DNA from: an uncultured Anaerolineaceae bacterium
GTDB taxonomy: Bacteria > Chloroflexota > Anaerolineae > Anaerolineales > Anaerolineaceae
Assembly: GCA_964447155.1 (NCBI GenBank)
Contig: CAYURM010000012.1
Span: forward strand, 14,916 to 78,915
DNA length: 64,000 nucleotides
Direction: 5' to 3'
Part shown: piece after piece, positions 63,233 through 64,000 of the stretch
Numbering within the stretch: position 1 is the first letter of the stretch
How the letters are laid out: each line of letters opens with the position of its first letter
The notes under the pieces: model-generated
Databases searched by the model: none
Told to the model about the DNA's origin: nothing
The model's input: the letters and a program-made list of their open reading frames with translations, nothing else
Translations under genes and position numbers: made by a program

Positions 63233-64000
63233 TGTCCGACACCCGCCCCCCCCACCTGATCTGGGTTACCCCCAATGACCTGCGCACCACCCTGGATGCC
63301 GCCACATTTCTGGACACCGCCGATGAAATGCGTAAACTTGGCTGGCAGGTCTCCCTGCTTTGCGGCGTTTCATCAGGCACAACACAGGTGCGCGGCATTG
63401 ACGTAGTCCCCATTCCCAGCCCGAATATCTACTTCTTCGGCCAGCATATTTTTCACCAGCGCGCCTTGCGTTTCATCAAACGTCAAAAACCACCCGCCGA
63501 CGTTGTCCTTTTCCATCAGGTTTCCGGCCTGTGGATGCTCAGCCTGCACCTCTGGCGCAGACTTCGCCGGCGCAGCCACCCATTGATCGTACTAGACACC
63601 CGCTCCGTTTACATGCCCGACAAATCCACGCGCCAGCAAATCAAAGGCGTCCTGCGGGAAACTTATTATCATCTCATCAACTGGGCAGCAAACCGCTGGG
63701 CCGACGGTCAGACCGCCATCACCGCACACATCGCGCAGAGCATCCCTATCCCCCCGGATAAGCTGTGGGGCTGCTGGCCCTCCGGCGTTACCCCAGCTCG
63801 ATTCACATCCTCAGCCGCTCAACGCCAATGGCCCAACCCGTCTGAAACCATCAAACTCATCTATATCGGCTCTACACACTACGAACGCAATCTGCTGACC
63901 CTCGCAGAAGCCGTGTGCCAGACCAATCAAAACGCCACACAATTTCATCTAACCATCATCGGAGACGGCGCACAACAGGAAGAACTCAAAGCGTTTGCCC
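63232..64000 (+). CDS. Glycosyltransferase (GT-B, GT4-like), N-terminal 256 codons; continues beyond the right edge
   Basis: Not in the ORF track because it has no stop. ATG 63232 overlaps the previous stop (TGATG). My translation MSDTRPPHLIWVTPNDLRTTLDAATFLDTADEMRKLGWQVSLLCG...LIYIGSTHYERNLLTLAEAV...LTIIGDGAQQEELKAFA is open to nt 64000. Confidence 0.7.
   Translation, partial: MSDTRPPHLIWVTPNDLRTTLDAATFLDTADEMRKLGWQVSLLCGVSSGTTQVRGIDVVPIPSPNIYFFGQHIFHQRALRFIKRQKPPADVVLFHQVSGLWMLSLHLWRRLRRRSHPLIVLDTRSVYMPDKSTRQQIKGVLRETYYHLINWAANRWADGQTAITAHIAQSIPIPPDKLWGCWPSGVTPARFTSSAAQRQWPNPSETIKLIYIGSTHYERNLLTLAEAVCQTNQNATQFHLTIIGDGAQQEELKAFA

Noticed and set aside
1-64000. Search for mobile elements, prophage, CRISPR-Cas, toxin-antitoxin or known defence systems, tRNA/rRNA genes
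   Set aside because: I saw no transposase, integrase, recombinase, Cas, reverse transcriptase, restriction-modification or phage structural signatures in any long ORF. No cloverleaf-like tRNA sequence was seen in the spacers. The STAND ATPase carries a transcription-factor output domain, not an effector nuclease or protease.

Overview
64-kb chromosomal segment with about 55 protein-coding genes. By eye I found no rRNA, tRNA, CRISPR array, transposase, integrase or phage gene.

Layout:
- (i) 1-3.5 kb: ftsZ outside any dcw cluster, flanked by glycosidase-like ORFs and followed by two tiny co-transcribed ORFs.
- (ii) 3.8-9.8 kb: alpha-glucan genes (GH57 plus a 1154-aa divergent GH13).
- (iii) 10-12.8 kb: orphan SCP-x-type thiolase, histidine phosphatase, SlyD.
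- (iv) 13.1-17.5 kb: dtxR-feoA-feoB(split)-feoC-nitroreductase operon.
- (v) 17.8-18.7 kb: DUF368 membrane protein.
- (vi) 18.9-24.5 kb: HAAT/Liv-type ABC importer.
- (vii) 24.6-31.8 kb: eight-gene ACP-free CoA-ester operon.
- (viii) 32.2-38.4 kb: a MalT-like STAND ATPase with a C-terminal SARP DNA-binding domain, divergent from an orphan PEPCK/HprK-superfamily protein, a bPH membrane protein and a 71-aa protein.
- (ix) 38.4-47.0 kb: SDR, pgl, zwf, flavin reductase-like protein, a PFK-family protein and a fused NfnA-NfnB.
- (x) 47.1-64 kb: cell-surface polysaccharide locus (GT14, CDP-hexose/C-methyltransferase module, Wzy-like, Wzz/BY-kinase-like, DegT, Gfo/Idh/MocA, lipoprotein, priming sugar transferase, Wzx, two GT4).

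Most noteworthy:
- The CoA operon carries a KAS III-like / thiolase-like / DUF35 trio (PhlACB-like and archaeal HMGCS-complex-like). Its KAS III-like member has lost the His/Asn of the catalytic triad.
- The orphan PEPCK/HprK-like protein sits next to the STAND-SARP regulator.
- The PFK-family protein has its catalytic TIDND motif changed to SITNN.
- FeoB is split exactly at the G-domain boundary.
- The BY-kinase-like protein has a Walker A Lys->Arg change.
- A family of intergenic GTAG+hairpin (REP-like) elements is present.

Gene content would fit a Chloroflexota-like anaerobe, but taxonomy cannot be established from the sequence alone. All family calls are by motif recognition, not database search.
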